This document shows positions 48,344-58,661 of a stretch of 64,000 nucleotides of DNA, piece after piece. The notes under the pieces are model-generated. The model searched no databases. It saw only the letters and a program-made list of their open reading frames with translations, and was not told the DNA's origin. Each line of letters opens with the position of its first letter. Position 1 is the stretch's first letter. The translations under genes and the position numbers were made by a program. Source of the DNA: Candidatus Woesearchaeota archaeon (GTDB lineage: Archaea; Nanobdellota; Nanobdellia; Woesearchaeales; GW2011-AR9); NCBI GenBank assembly GCA_018696595.1, contig JABHQW010000008.1:160001-224000 (forward strand), read 5' to 3'.

Positions 48344-49105
48344 ATGGAACAAAACAAATTTGAACGACACACTGCCGTAAAAACAATAATTAAAGAATTG
48401 TTAACTGGAGAATATGTACAAGAAAAAGAAAATAATCCTAATTATTTGTTATCTTCTTCTAAAGAAAAGATTCATAGATTAAATGTAATGGGTATTATTT
48501 TAACTAAAGAGATTTTAGGTTCTGTTGTAAACATTTTAATTGATGATGGTACTGGTCAAATCAATTTACGTTTTTTTGAAGAAAACAAAATAATTGATTC
48601 TTTAAATACGGGTGACGCCATTTTAGTTATTGGAAGATTAAGAACTTATAATCAAGAAAGATATATTTCTTCAGAAATTGTTAAAAAAATTGATCATCTT
48701 TGGTTAAAATTAAGATCTTTAGAATTGAAGGAATTAATTAATAAAAAAGAAGAAATTGTTGTGGAAAAAGAGCCAGTTGTTGCAATAACTAACAAAGTAC
48801 AAGAAACTAAAAAACTTGTTGTTGAAGCAATTACAGAAAAAGAAATTGTTAAAAATAAAAAAGAAGAAATTATTGAGAAAGAAGATAATACTGAAGAAGA
48901 AATAAGTGATAATGTTAAAGAAGATATTCTTTTACCAATAGAAAAAATTAAAAAAATTATTGAAGAGATGGATACAGGAGATGGCGTATTAATTGAAGAA
49001 ATAATTTCTAAATCTCCTTTAAATGATACTGAAGAAGTTATTGAAAAAATGTTAGAAGCAGGAGATATTTTTCAAAACCTTCCTGGTAAAGTTAAAGTTT
49101 TGTAA
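48344..49105 (+). CDS. RPA32-like OB-fold plus C-terminal winged-helix protein
   Basis: IHRLNVMGII, ILIDDGTGQINLRFF, VIGRLRTYNQERYI; C-terminal LEAGDIFQNLPGKVKVL. Confidence 0.8.
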   Translation: MEQNKFERHTAVKTIIKELLTGEYVQEKENNPNYLLSSSKEKIHRLNVMGIILTKEILGSVVNILIDDGTGQINLRFFEENKIIDSLNTGDAILVIGRLRTYNQERYISSEIVKKIDHLWLKLRSLELKELINKKEEIVVEKEPVVAITNKVQETKKLVVEAITEKEIVKNKKEEIIEKEDNTEEEISDNVKEDILLPIEKIKKIIEEMDTGDGVLIEEIISKSPLNDTEEVIEKMLEAGDIFQNLPGKVKVL

Positions 49106-49125
49106 ATTAAATACTTCAATTATTT

Positions 49126-49965
49126 TCAAAACATCAATGGCGTTACATAGACTTCTACTAATGCTGCTACAATTAAAATTCCTACACTGATCAAAATCAT
49201 GTCTAAAGCGTCCATTAAGACACGATCCTCTTTCAAGTTGTGTTTGATTAATGCAATAGAAATAATCCCACCAGCCAAACCAGCAACGAAATATGAAGCC
49301 ATTTCTAAAATACCATGAGTCATATAACGTAAAAAACTGAATGAAGCAGCAGAAAAGTATGAAGAAATTGCAGGTAAACCAATTAAAGAAGCACCTTTAG
49401 CCAATTCCATCTTAAAAAAGTTACCCATTGCCGTAGCTACAACTGAAGCGTTCCAAGTTAAAATGAATATTGCTCCTGTTCCATATAAAAATGAAAAAGT
49501 TATACAGAAAAATAAAACTTTAAGATTGTTAAGAAATATTTTTGTTAATAAACCAAAATGAGTAATTCCTCCTTGAACATTATTGTTAGTGTTAACAATT
49601 GCTTTTTCTTGTAAAGAAAAAATTACTGTCGAAGTCTCACTTGGTAAAAATACATAAGCTAGAGCTAAAGCACTAGTTATTCCCAAAAATAAGAAAACTA
49701 GAAAAATTAATACTTTGGCATGCTCTTTAAGTAATTTCCATTCAGTATCATACTTTAAATCTATTTCTTCTTCGTTCTTAATTGTAGTGTAAAGCATTGG
49801 TAAAGTTGCCATTACAATTAAGAATACTGTTAATAACCCTGAAACTTCTCTAAAAACTAAATAAGATAAAGTTAATCCTACTAAAGCATATACAAAACCA
49901 GCTATAAACATTTCCCATGGTTTCTTCTTAACTGCAAAAGGATTGAATAAAGATTCTAAGACCAT
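49126..49965 (-). CDS. SpoIIM/DUF95-family integral membrane protein
   Basis: IFLNNLKVLFF, ILTWNASVVA, THGILEMASYFVAGLAGG, AALVEVYVTP. Confidence 0.85.
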   Translation of the reverse strand: MVLESLFNPFAVKKKPWEMFIAGFVYALVGLTLSYLVFREVSGLLTVFLIVMATLPMLYTTIKNEEEIDLKYDTEWKLLKEHAKVLIFLVFLFLGITSALALAYVFLPSETSTVIFSLQEKAIVNTNNNVQGGITHFGLLTKIFLNNLKVLFFCITFSFLYGTGAIFILTWNASVVATAMGNFFKMELAKGASLIGLPAISSYFSAASFSFLRYMTHGILEMASYFVAGLAGGIISIALIKHNLKEDRVLMDALDMILISVGILIVAALVEVYVTPLMF

Positions 49966-50034
49966 TAATAAATGAATAATAAAAATGTATTTAAAGCTTT
50001 TCTTTTGATTGTAATATTAATTATTTTGTGTTAA

Positions 50035-50148
50035 CAAAAACACTACTGCTAATGGTGGCACATTTTGTTCATTTTTTATTCAATGAAAAACATAAAATAA
50101 AGTAAACTAAAATTAATGAACAAAATTCTGGGTGCTGTAGTGGTTTTG
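50035..50148. repeat. long imperfect inverted repeat at the left edge of the origin region
   Basis: Inner stem attttgttcatt (50062-50073) / aatgaacaaaat (50115-50126) is 12/12; outer stem 50035-50049 / 50134-50148 is 13/15. Confidence 0.65.
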
Positions 50149-50282
50149 CTTTTATTAAATTAATTTAATATTACTTTTTTAAATTATATATTATGAAAAT
50201 ATTGTTCTGTATGTTTACGACTGAATACAAAAAATTTTTACTCCTTAAAAAAAGATTAATGCATATATTCAATACCGTGACA

Positions 50283-51280
50283 CCTTAATTTCTTATGGAG
50301 AATATTTTCAAAGGAAAAAATTCTTTGTGATGAAAAATTATTGAGGTTAATTAGTGATCAATGGTTTGAATCATCAAAAAGAAAGAGCGTGAGATAATCC
50401 TTCGGACGAGCTGACCCTTAATTTCTTATGGAGAATTATTTAATTTTGTTTGAGTTAATTTTAGTTCATGTCTGTGGTTGAATGTAATCCTTTAAGGTTA
50501 TTTGATATTTTATTTAATTAATCAGTATTGATCAATTAAAATCATTCATTATTTCTATTTAAGAGATTCATCAAAAGTAGTAGGGGGGGAAAGAATAAAA
50601 TAAAGAATGAAAGGGAAAATAAAGAATCAAGATAAAGTATCATTGGATTATTATAAAAATAATTAAGAAAGAAAAATTACTTGGATAATTAAATTAATAG
50701 TTTGTTGCTGAAAGTAAGTTAGTATAGTAATAGATTATATAATAATAATAATAATATATTAAATATAATATATAATAAGGTTAAACTTTTCATCTTCTTG
50801 TTCTTATTTGAGATCAAACAACTTTCTTTTTTCATTGTTCTCTTTCTTTCTTCTTCTTTCTTTTCTATATTGAAAATATATATATATATATATATAATAA
50901 ACTATTTAATAATAATAATAATAATATAAAACAAATACAAAAATTACTACTTCTTAATTTTTTTACTTATACCAAAACATTTTTTTTTGATTAACGAATA
51001 ACAAAACAACTTAATCCTTTAACTTCTATATTCTATATTATTACCTCATTATTACCTCATTAACTAAAATAAACCTATTAATTCATAATTCACTACTTAA
51101 TAATCTTCAGATAACTATTTATAGAAGTTCCACCCGTAATAGAGGTATTAAAGTATATTTGTTGTCTTATACTTTGAAGATGCAATTTCTTTATATAATT
51201 GCAAGCTTCAATGTATGAATATAACAAAAAACAAACAATCTTTTTTTTTAAAAGATAAGTTTCCAACAGAAATGAGGGGG
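50283..51280. other. chromosomal replication origin (oriC): inverted ORB-like boxes flanking an AT-rich DNA-unwinding element, directly upstream of cdc6
   Basis: Perfect 21-bp repeat ccttaatttcttatggagaat at 50283-50303 and 50416-50436 (minus strand TCCATAAGAAATTAAGG); plus-strand gtttccaacagaaatgaggggg (51259-51280) and weaker gttccacccgtaatagagg (51127-51145); (AT)n and (AAT)n tracts about 50740-50930; lies in a 1.3-kb gene-free gap. Confidence 0.85.
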
Positions 51281-51285
51281 TAGGT

Positions 51286-52488
51286 ATGGCGCAAATAGGG
51301 GATTTTTTTGAGAACTTTTTAAAGAAAGAATCAATCTTTCTGAATAAAGCAGTTTTAATGTCAGCACACATTCCAACTGATATATTGTATCGAGAAGAAC
51401 AAATTCAAGAAGTTGCTAACATCTTGGCACCCTTATTAAGAACAGAAAGACCTTCTAATTTATTTATTTATGGTAAAACTGGAACAGGTAAAACTCTTGC
51501 TGTTAAACATATTATGGAATCTATGTTAGAAATTGCTAAAAAGAATAATGTTCCTTTAAAACCAATTTATGTGAATTGTAAGTTAAAACGTGTTGCTGAT
51601 ACTGAATATAGATTAATTGCACAATTAATTAAGGATTTTGGCAGAGATATTCCTTCAACTGGTTTACCTACAGATGAGGTTTATAATATCTTTTACAAAT
51701 TGTTAGATCAAGAAAAAAAGATTGTTCTTTTGATTTTAGACGAAATTGACCAATTAACTAAAAAGATTGGTGATGAGATCTTATATAACCTAACTAGAAT
51801 TAATGCTGAACTAAAACAATCACAAATTTGTTTACTGGGAATTTCTAATAATTTAGTTTTCTCTGAAAACCTAGATCCTAGAGTTAAAAGTAGTTTATCA
51901 GAAGAAGAATTAATTTTCCCGCCTTATAATGCGATACAAATTCAAGAAATTTTAAAGAGTAGGGCAAAAGTTGCGTTTAAAGAAGAAGTAATTCAACCTG
52001 GAGTAATCGAAAAATGTTCAGCTTATGCTGCTAGAGAACATGGGGATGCTCGAAGAGCAATAGATTTGTTAAGAGTTTCAGGAGAACTTGCCGAAAGAGC
52101 AGGTTCAACAATAGTAAAAATTGAACATTTGGATGATGCTGAAAGAAAAGTTGAATCTGACAAAATAATTAATGCTATTGTCAGTCAACCAAAACAATTT
52201 CAAAGTGTTTTATATTCAATTATTTTAATTTCTCCACAAAAAAGACAATTTTACACTGGAGAAATTTATGAAGTTTACAAAAACATCTGTAAACAGACCA
52301 AATTTAATGTTTTAACTCAAAGAAGAATATCAGATATTCTTGCAGAATTGGACATGTTGGGAATAATTAATGCTAAAATCATTTCTAAAGGTAGATATGG
52401 TAGAACTAGAGAAGTTTCTTTATCTGTTGAAGAAAACATTTTGATTAAACTAAGAGAAATTTTAGAAAAATCTTTACACATTAATTGA
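51286..52488 (+). CDS. cdc6: Orc1/Cdc6 replication initiator
   Basis: YREEQIQEVA; Walker A YGKTGTGKT; Walker B LILDEIDQL; FPPYNAIQIQEIL; GDARRAIDLLR; wH GRYGRTR. Confidence 0.97.
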   Translation: MAQIGDFFENFLKKESIFLNKAVLMSAHIPTDILYREEQIQEVANILAPLLRTERPSNLFIYGKTGTGKTLAVKHIMESMLEIAKKNNVPLKPIYVNCKLKRVADTEYRLIAQLIKDFGRDIPSTGLPTDEVYNIFYKLLDQEKKIVLLILDEIDQLTKKIGDEILYNLTRINAELKQSQICLLGISNNLVFSENLDPRVKSSLSEEELIFPPYNAIQIQEILKSRAKVAFKEEVIQPGVIEKCSAYAAREHGDARRAIDLLRVSGELAERAGSTIVKIEHLDDAERKVESDKIINAIVSQPKQFQSVLYSIILISPQKRQFYTGEIYEVYKNICKQTKFNVLTQRRISDILAELDMLGIINAKIISKGRYGRTREVSLSVEENILIKLREILEKSLHIN

Positions 52489-52540
52489 ATATGAATTTAT
52501 AATTTATTAATAAATAAATAAAAATAAAGTAAAACAAAAT

Positions 52541-54265
52541 ATGACTAAAAGCAAAGAAGAAATTATTGAGGAAATGTTTGAGAAAGGAGTTTTAATTAGT
52601 GAAGACTTCTTGAAAAAGGAAGAGAATCAATCCTCTGATAATAAATTTACTGGAAAAATAGAAGCAGAAGAAGATTTATTAGTTCTTAATTCTGATTATG
52701 CTGAAGTAATTAAACAACAAACCAGTTTGGTAGATTGGCACGAATTAGATTCATTAAAAGTAGGATCCGAAAAAGAAAGAAACGACGATCTTTACCAAAA
52801 TGAACTTCAACAATTAAAAAAGTCAGAATTAGTTTTACAAAACAGCAACACTTCTAAAGAAACTTCTAGTTTAGAAGTAGAACTAAATGTTGAAGAAAAT
52901 GGAGCAACAACTTCAACCACTACAGAAACAAAATCCGAAGAACTTATTGAATCAAGTATGAATGTAATTGAACTTAATGAATCCGAAAAAAATAATTTGG
53001 CAATGCTGAAGAATGTAGAAATTGTTTTTTCTTATACAAATATTCCTTTCAAATACAAAATTAATGATTTTGGTAATATTTTCAGATCTCGTTATAAATG
53101 TTTAGAAAAATTGTTACGTAATAGACAAGAATTACGAAGTACTTTAACAATTAATAGAATATTGGGAAAAAAAGAAAAAGAAAAAGTTTCTATTATTGGC
53201 GTTATTGAAGATGTTGGAACAACAAGAAGTGGTCACATCATGTTAACTTTAGAAGATTTGACTGGAAAAATAAAAGTTCTTGTTTCTAAAAATAATAAAG
53301 ACCTATTTCCTTTAGCAAAAGAATTAGTTTATGATGAAGTAATTGGCATTACGGGCAATTGTGGGGATAAAATAATTTTTGCTAACAATATTATTTGGCC
53401 AGATATTCCTGAAACTAATGAAATGAGAAAAGGTAATAAAGAAGAATATGCTATTTTTCTTTCAGATCTTCATGTTGGTTCAAATGTATTTTTAGAGGAC
53501 GAATTCAATAAATTTTTACGTTGGATTCAAGGAGACACAGGTAATGATAAACAAAGAGAATTAGCCAATAAAGTTAAATATATTATTATTGCAGGAGATT
53601 TAGTTGACGGTATTGGAATTTATCCTACACATGAAGAAGACTTAAAAATTAAAGATATAAAAAAACAGTACGAAGAGGTTGTCAGGTTAATTAAAAAAAT
53701 ACCATTAAACAAAAAAATCATTGTTTGTCCAGGTAATCACGATTTAGTACATCTTGCAGAACCTCAACCAGTTTTCTATCCCGAATATACTCAATGTTTA
53801 TACGACCAACCAAACGTAATCGTTGTTAGTAATCCTGCAATGATTAATATTGGAAAGACTGAAGATTTTTCAGGATTTAATATTTTAATGTATCACGGAT
53901 GTAGTTTTGATTATTATGTTGCTAACGTTGAATCGATTCGTAATAACGGGGGATATCATCGAGCAGATTTAATTATGAAATTTTTGTTAAAAAGAAGACA
54001 TCTTGCTCCGGCATTTAAATCAGTACCTTATTTTCCAGGTCATAAAGAGGATCCTCTATTGATAAAAACCATTCCTGACTTTTTTGTAACAGGACACATT
54101 CATTATTCCAAGGTCGCCAATTATAAAGGTGTAACAATGATTTCAGGAAGTTGTTGGCAAGCAAAAACTTCGTTTCAAGAAAAGTTGGGACACGAACCAG
54201 AACCAGCAAGAGTTCCAGTTGTAAATTTAAAAACGAGAGAGGTAAAAATATTAAAATTTGTTTAG
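52541..54265 (+). CDS. polB: DNA polymerase D small (proofreading) subunit DP1
   Basis: OB fold plus calcineurin-like motifs SDLHVGS, AGDLVDGIGIYP, PGNHD, YHG, GHIH. Confidence 0.95.
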   Translation: MTKSKEEIIEEMFEKGVLISEDFLKKEENQSSDNKFTGKIEAEEDLLVLNSDYAEVIKQQTSLVDWHELDSLKVGSEKERNDDLYQNELQQLKKSELVLQNSNTSKETSSLEVELNVEENGATTSTTTETKSEELIESSMNVIELNESEKNNLAMLKNVEIVFSYTNIPFKYKINDFGNIFRSRYKCLEKLLRNRQELRSTLTINRILGKKEKEKVSIIGVIEDVGTTRSGHIMLTLEDLTGKIKVLVSKNNKDLFPLAKELVYDEVIGITGNCGDKIIFANNIIWPDIPETNEMRKGNKEEYAIFLSDLHVGSNVFLEDEFNKFLRWIQGDTGNDKQRELANKVKYIIIAGDLVDGIGIYPTHEEDLKIKDIKKQYEEVVRLIKKIPLNKKIIVCPGNHDLVHLAEPQPVFYPEYTQCLYDQPNVIVVSNPAMINIGKTEDFSGFNILMYHGCSFDYYVANVESIRNNGGYHRADLIMKFLLKRRHLAPAFKSVPYFPGHKEDPLLIKTIPDFFVTGHIHYSKVANYKGVTMISGSCWQAKTSFQEKLGHEPEPARVPVVNLKTREVKILKFV

Positions 54266-54292
54266 TTAAATAAAATGAAATAAAATAATAAA

Positions 54293-57200
54293 ATGTCTAA
54301 AGCATCCCCAGAAATAAAAAAGTACTTTGCCGTATTAAATGATGAAGTTAAACGTAGTTATGACTTAGCTGCAGAAGCACATAAAAAGAATCTTGATCCT
54401 GATAAAATTGTTCCAATTCCATTAGCAAAGAATATGGCCGAAAGAGTTGTTGGATTAATTTCAGTAGTAGCTCCACAAGTTTTAGAAACAAACATTACTG
54501 ATAGAATTATGGAATTAGAAAAGGAATACGGTTTATTAGATTGGCGAGTAGGATTTAAAATTGCTGAAGAAGTTGCTAAAGAAACATTTTGTAAATTTAA
54601 AGATAAACAGGAAGCAATTGAAATTGGAATTAGAGTAGGATTTGCTTATTTAACTTTAGGTATTGTATCTGCACCGTTGGAAGGTTTTATTGGAATTAAG
54701 ATTAAAAAACGAAAAGATGGAAAAGAATATTTTGCTTTACAATATGCTGGGCCAATTAGAGCGGCAGGAGGAACAGCATCTTCTGTTTCTGTCATTTTAA
54801 GTGATTATGTTCGAGTAAAATTAGGTTATGCTCCTTACGATCCCGATGAAACAGAAATTAATCGTTACAATGCAGAAGTTCATGATTACCATGAAAGAAT
54901 TACTAATTTACAATACCATCCTTCAGATGAAGAAGTAAAATTTATGGTTTCTCATTTACCTGTAGAAGTTGATGGTGATCCTACAGAAAAATTTGAAGTT
55001 TCCAATTTTAAAGATTTACCGAGAATTGAAACAAATTTAATTCGTGGCGGAGTTGCTTTAGTGTTAGCAGAAGGTTTATCTCAAAAAACACCTAAATTAT
55101 GGAAAAGGTTATCTAAATGGGGTAAAGATTTTGGGTTAGGGCATTGGGATTTCTTGAAGGATTTTTTAGATTTAAAAGATAAACTTCATGCCGAAGAGGA
55201 TGATGGGAAATCCGAAGCAGGTAAGGACGAAAAAAAAACAGTTAAAGCAAATAACACATTTATTATGGACTTAGTTGCTGGAAGACCCATATTAACTCAT
55301 CCTTTAGCAGTGGGAGGTTTTAGATTAAGATATGGCAGAACTAGAGTTACTGGTTTTTCTACTTGTGCTTTACATCCTGCAACCATGATTGTATTAAACA
55401 AGTTTATTGCTATTGGAACCCAAATTAAAACGGAGAGACCAGGAAAAGCTGCAACAACAACAGTTTGTGAAAGTTTAGAAGGGCCAATCGTAAGATTAAA
55501 TAATGGGTCTGTTAAACAATTAAAGACAGATATTGAAGCAAAAGAAGTTCTTAAAGACGTAGAAGAAATTGTTTTTTTAGGAGATATTTTATTTAATTAT
55601 GGGGATTTTTCTGAGAATGGACAAGATTTGGTTCCTGCTGGTTATTGTCACGAATGGTGGGCTTTAGAAGTCGAGAAAGCAATTAAAAATTTATATTCAG
55701 AAGATGAAATTAAAAAAGCTTCTGATTTATTGGAAATAGATCCAGAAGAATTAAAAAACTTTGTTGAAAAACCATTATACTTTTCTCCTGATTGGAACCA
55801 ATCATTAACACTTAGTAAGAAACTAAAAGTTCCTTTACATCCCGATTATACTTTTTATTGGAAATTAGTTTCCGGTAAAGATTTACTGATTTTAATGGAA
55901 TGGTTTAACGAAGGAAAAGTTAAGATTGATGAAAAGGGAATTAAAAAAATAATTTTTCCTTATGATGAAAAGATTGAAAAATACAAATTAGCAAAGAAAA
56001 CATTAGAAAATTTAGGGGTTACCCATCAATTAATTAACAAAGAAAATTTAGTTTTAGCTAGGAAAGAAGCGAACATTTTTGCTTTTTGTTTAGATTTTAA
56101 GGATCAGAAAGGACTAGAAGGAACGAAATTAACTAAGGAACTAGTTGAAAATAAAGATGGTTTAGAAGTTATTAATTATATCTGTGATGTTGAAATAAGA
56201 GATAAAGCTGGAACTTTTATTGGGGCAAGAATGGGCCGTCCTGAAAAAGCTAAAATGAGAAAAATGACTGGATCTCCCCAAGTAATGTTTCCTGTTGGTG
56301 AAGAGGGAGACCGAATGCGAAGTTTTCAAGCTGCTCTTAAAGTAGGAAAAATAAGAAACACTTTTCCTCATTTTTATTGTACTAAATGTAAAAAAGAAAT
56401 GATTTATTCTAATTGTGAAGAATGTAATAACGAATGCGAAAAAAAGTATCACTGTCGATTTTGCGGCGATTTAGAAAAAGAAACTTGTCGTCATGGTGAT
56501 GCAAATCCTTTCAGAACAACAGATATTGACATTAAATATTATTTTAATAAAGCTAAAGAAAGGATTGGAGAAAGATTACATCCAGACTTAATCAAAGGTG
56601 TACGCGGTACATCAAACAAAGAACACGTCATGGAACATTTATCTAAAGGGATTCTGAGAGCTAAACATAATATTTATGTGAATAAAGATGGCACTACTCG
56701 TTATGATGGAACAGAAATGCCTATCACTCATTTTAAACCAAGAGAAATTAAAACTTCTGTTGAAAAGTTAAAAAAATTAGGCTACAATAAGGATGTATAT
56801 GGAAATGAAATAGAAAATGATGATCAAATAATAGAAATAAAACCACAAGATGTTATTTTGCCAGGGTTCAATTCTTTGGAAGAATCAGGGCCACAAGTAT
56901 TGTTTAGGGTTGCAAATTTCATTGATGAATTATTAGTTAAATTTTATGGATTAAAACCTTTTTATAATTTAGAATCTGAAGAGGATTTAGTTGGACATTT
57001 AGTTATTGGCTTAGCACCACATATTTCTGCAGGATTAATAGGGAGAATTATTGGTTTTTCTGAAACCCAAGGATTATTGACCCACCCAATGTATCACGCT
57101 GGAATGCGTAGAGACTGTGATGGCGATGAAGCGGCAGTACTACTTTTAATGGATGCTTTGTTGAATTTTTCTCGTCAGTACTTGCCCGAGAGACGTGGAG

Positions 57201-57886
57201 CAAAAACAATGGATGCCCCATTAGTATTAACTTCAACTTTAGTGCCTTCGGAAGTAGACGACCAAGTTCATGGAATGGATGTTGTTTGGAAATATCCTTT
57301 AGAACTTTATGAAGCCGCTTTAGAAATGAAAAAACCATGGGAAGTTTTAGTTGATGGAAAGAAGATTGAACAATTGGGTGATCGATTAGAAACTGCGGCA
57401 CAATATGAAAATTTTGGTTATACTCATTGGGTAAATAATTTTAACAAAGGAGTTCTTTGTTCTGATTATAAAACATTACCTACAATGGAGGCAAAATTGT
57501 TTGGACAGATGGAAATTGCTCAAAAAGTACGTGCAGTTGATATGGATGATGTTGCTAAGTTAGTTATTCAAAAACATTTTTTGAAAGATATTAAAGGTAA
57601 TCTTCGTAAATTCAGTATGCAACAATTCCGTTGTGTTGGATGTAACACTAAGTTTAGGCGTCCTCCTTTGTCTGGAAAATGTCATGAATGTAAAACCGGA
57701 AAAATAATATTTACAATTTCACATGGATCGGTAATAAAATATTTGGGTCATTCAATGAGATTGGCGGAGGAATATAACTTTTCTCCATATTTGAAACAAA
57801 CACTTGATTTGTTACAATTGAATGTAGAAGATGTTTTTGGCAGAGAGAAAGAGAAACAAGCAGGATTAGGGGATTTTATTGGTTAG
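54293..57886 (+). CDS. polC: DNA polymerase D large subunit DP2
   Basis: YAGPIRAAGGT, GFRLRYGRTR, FIGARMGRPEKAK, catalytic RRDCDGDE, GNLRKFSMQQFRC; no intein. Confidence 0.97.
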   Translation: MSKASPEIKKYFAVLNDEVKRSYDLAAEAHKKNLDPDKIVPIPLAKNMAERVVGLISVVAPQVLETNITDRIMELEKEYGLLDWRVGFKIAEEVAKETFCKFKDKQEAIEIGIRVGFAYLTLGIVSAPLEGFIGIKIKKRKDGKEYFALQYAGPIRAAGGTASSVSVILSDYVRVKLGYAPYDPDETEINRYNAEVHDYHERITNLQYHPSDEEVKFMVSHLPVEVDGDPTEKFEVSNFKDLPRIETNLIRGGVALVLAEGLSQKTPKLWKRLSKWGKDFGLGHWDFLKDFLDLKDKLHAEEDDGKSEAGKDEKKTVKANNTFIMDLVAGRPILTHPLAVGGFRLRYGRTRVTGFSTCALHPATMIVLNKFIAIGTQIKTERPGKAATTTVCESLEGPIVRLNNGSVKQLKTDIEAKEVLKDVEEIVFLGDILFNYGDFSENGQDLVPAGYCHEWWALEVEKAIKNLYSEDEIKKASDLLEIDPEELKNFVEKPLYFSPDWNQSLTLSKKLKVPLHPDYTFYWKLVSGKDLLILMEWFNEGKVKIDEKGIKKIIFPYDEKIEKYKLAKKTLENLGVTHQLINKENLVLARKEANIFAFCLDFKDQKGLEGTKLTKELVENKDGLEVINYICDVEIRDKAGTFIGARMGRPEKAKMRKMTGSPQVMFPVGEEGDRMRSFQAALKVGKIRNTFPHFYCTKCKKEMIYSNCEECNNECEKKYHCRFCGDLEKETCRHGDANPFRTTDIDIKYYFNKAKERIGERLHPDLIKGVRGTSNKEHVMEHLSKGILRAKHNIYVNKDGTTRYDGTEMPITHFKPREIKTSVEKLKKLGYNKDVYGNEIENDDQIIEIKPQDVILPGFNSLEESGPQVLFRVANFIDELLVKFYGLKPFYNLESEEDLVGHLVIGLAPHISAGLIGRIIGFSETQGLLTHPMYHAGMRRDCDGDEAAVLLLMDALLNFSRQYLPERRGAKTMDAPLVLTSTLVPSEVDDQVHGMDVVWKYPLELYEAALEMKKPWEVLVDGKKIEQLGDRLETAAQYENFGYTHWVNNFNKGVLCSDYKTLPTMEAKLFGQMEIAQKVRAVDMDDVAKLVIQKHFLKDIKGNLRKFSMQQFRCVGCNTKFRRPPLSGKCHECKTGKIIFTISHGSVIKYLGHSMRLAEEYNFSPYLKQTLDLLQLNVEDVFGREKEKQAGLGDFIG

Positions 57887-58177
57887 TTATTCTGCTACCA
57901 ACAATACTTCTGCATGAGGAATATCTTTAATTGTAATCACTTTATCAACCAAGTCTAATTCTTTACCGAAAGCTACTGCTTCTTTGCCAGTTAAATGTAA
58001 AACATAAGCATCGTTAAGAAGTTGTTTAATTTCTTCAACATTCTTTTCTTCACCTTGATAGAATTCTTTAGTTAAATCTAATTGCTTTTTTCCTTCTTCA
58101 AAGATTTTTCCAACTAAATTAGAATCTGTAATAATTAAAATAGTTCCATTAGGGGTATTTTTTTGATTAACAATCAT
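57887..58177 (-). CDS. DUF424-family protein
   Basis: ILIITDSNLVGKIFEEG...FYQGEE...LTGKEAV...IKDIPHA. Confidence 0.85.
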   Translation of the reverse strand: MIVNQKNTPNGTILIITDSNLVGKIFEEGKKQLDLTKEFYQGEEKNVEEIKQLLNDAYVLHLTGKEAVAFGKELDLVDKVITIKDIPHAEVLLVAE

Positions 58178-58584
58178 CTTAAACTCTTAACTGGTTTTTT
58201 AACACCGCAAGCTAAACATTTCAAATAAGTAATTTCTTTTTCTTCACTTAATTCTGTGTCTGGCTTATTACATTCAGAACAGAAAACAAATTCAGAAGCA
58301 TATTTTTTTATTTTTTTATTAATTTTCGTAGCAGAAACTTTTGTTCCTAAAAGAACCCGGTCCCTAACAACCTTACCAGGAGTAGCTAATTCCTTTAACA
58401 AATATTTTAACAAATGTTGCACATCTCTGCCTAAAGTTTTAGCGATTGCGTGTAAGTTTACTAATACTGTTTTTTTACCTTCTAGGTGGCCTTTGATTTT
58501 TTCAATAGTAAATCTTTCTCCACCAGCAACATTTTCAGGCAATTCTTCCTGTGCTTTTTTCAATAATGCTTCATAATCTTCCAT
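58174..58584 (-). CDS. eif2b: translation initiation factor aIF-2 beta subunit
   Basis: YEALLKKA, ERFTI, KYLLKELATPG, FVFCSECNKPDT...CLACG. Confidence 0.93.
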   Translation of the reverse strand: MEDYEALLKKAQEELPENVAGGERFTIEKIKGHLEGKKTVLVNLHAIAKTLGRDVQHLLKYLLKELATPGKVVRDRVLLGTKVSATKINKKIKKYASEFVFCSECNKPDTELSEEKEITYLKCLACGVKKPVKSLR

Positions 58585-58661
58585 GTTTACCTTAATTTAG
58601 AGGTGAATTTATAAAGTTTTAGTTAGATTTTTATATTATTAACTTTATTCTACTTTTACAA

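Noticed and set aside
50283-50436. 21-bp direct repeat as a CRISPR or IS end
   Set aside because: Two copies 133 bp apart whose reverse complement matches the ORB beside cdc6; better explained as origin boxes
50740-50930. (AT)n/(AAT)n tracts as contingency-locus microsatellites
   Set aside because: Not within or next to a coding start; their position between inverted ORBs fits a DNA-unwinding element
51093-51371. 92-aa minus-strand ORF
   Set aside because: Overlaps the cdc6 start and ORB boxes; no recognisable protein features
46320-57886. Inteins in MCM, Cdc6 or PolD DP2 (and RadA at 9608-10663)
   Set aside because: Protein lengths are normal and motifs are contiguous at the usual insertion sites (e.g. 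RRDCDGDE, GDPGSGKSQLL)
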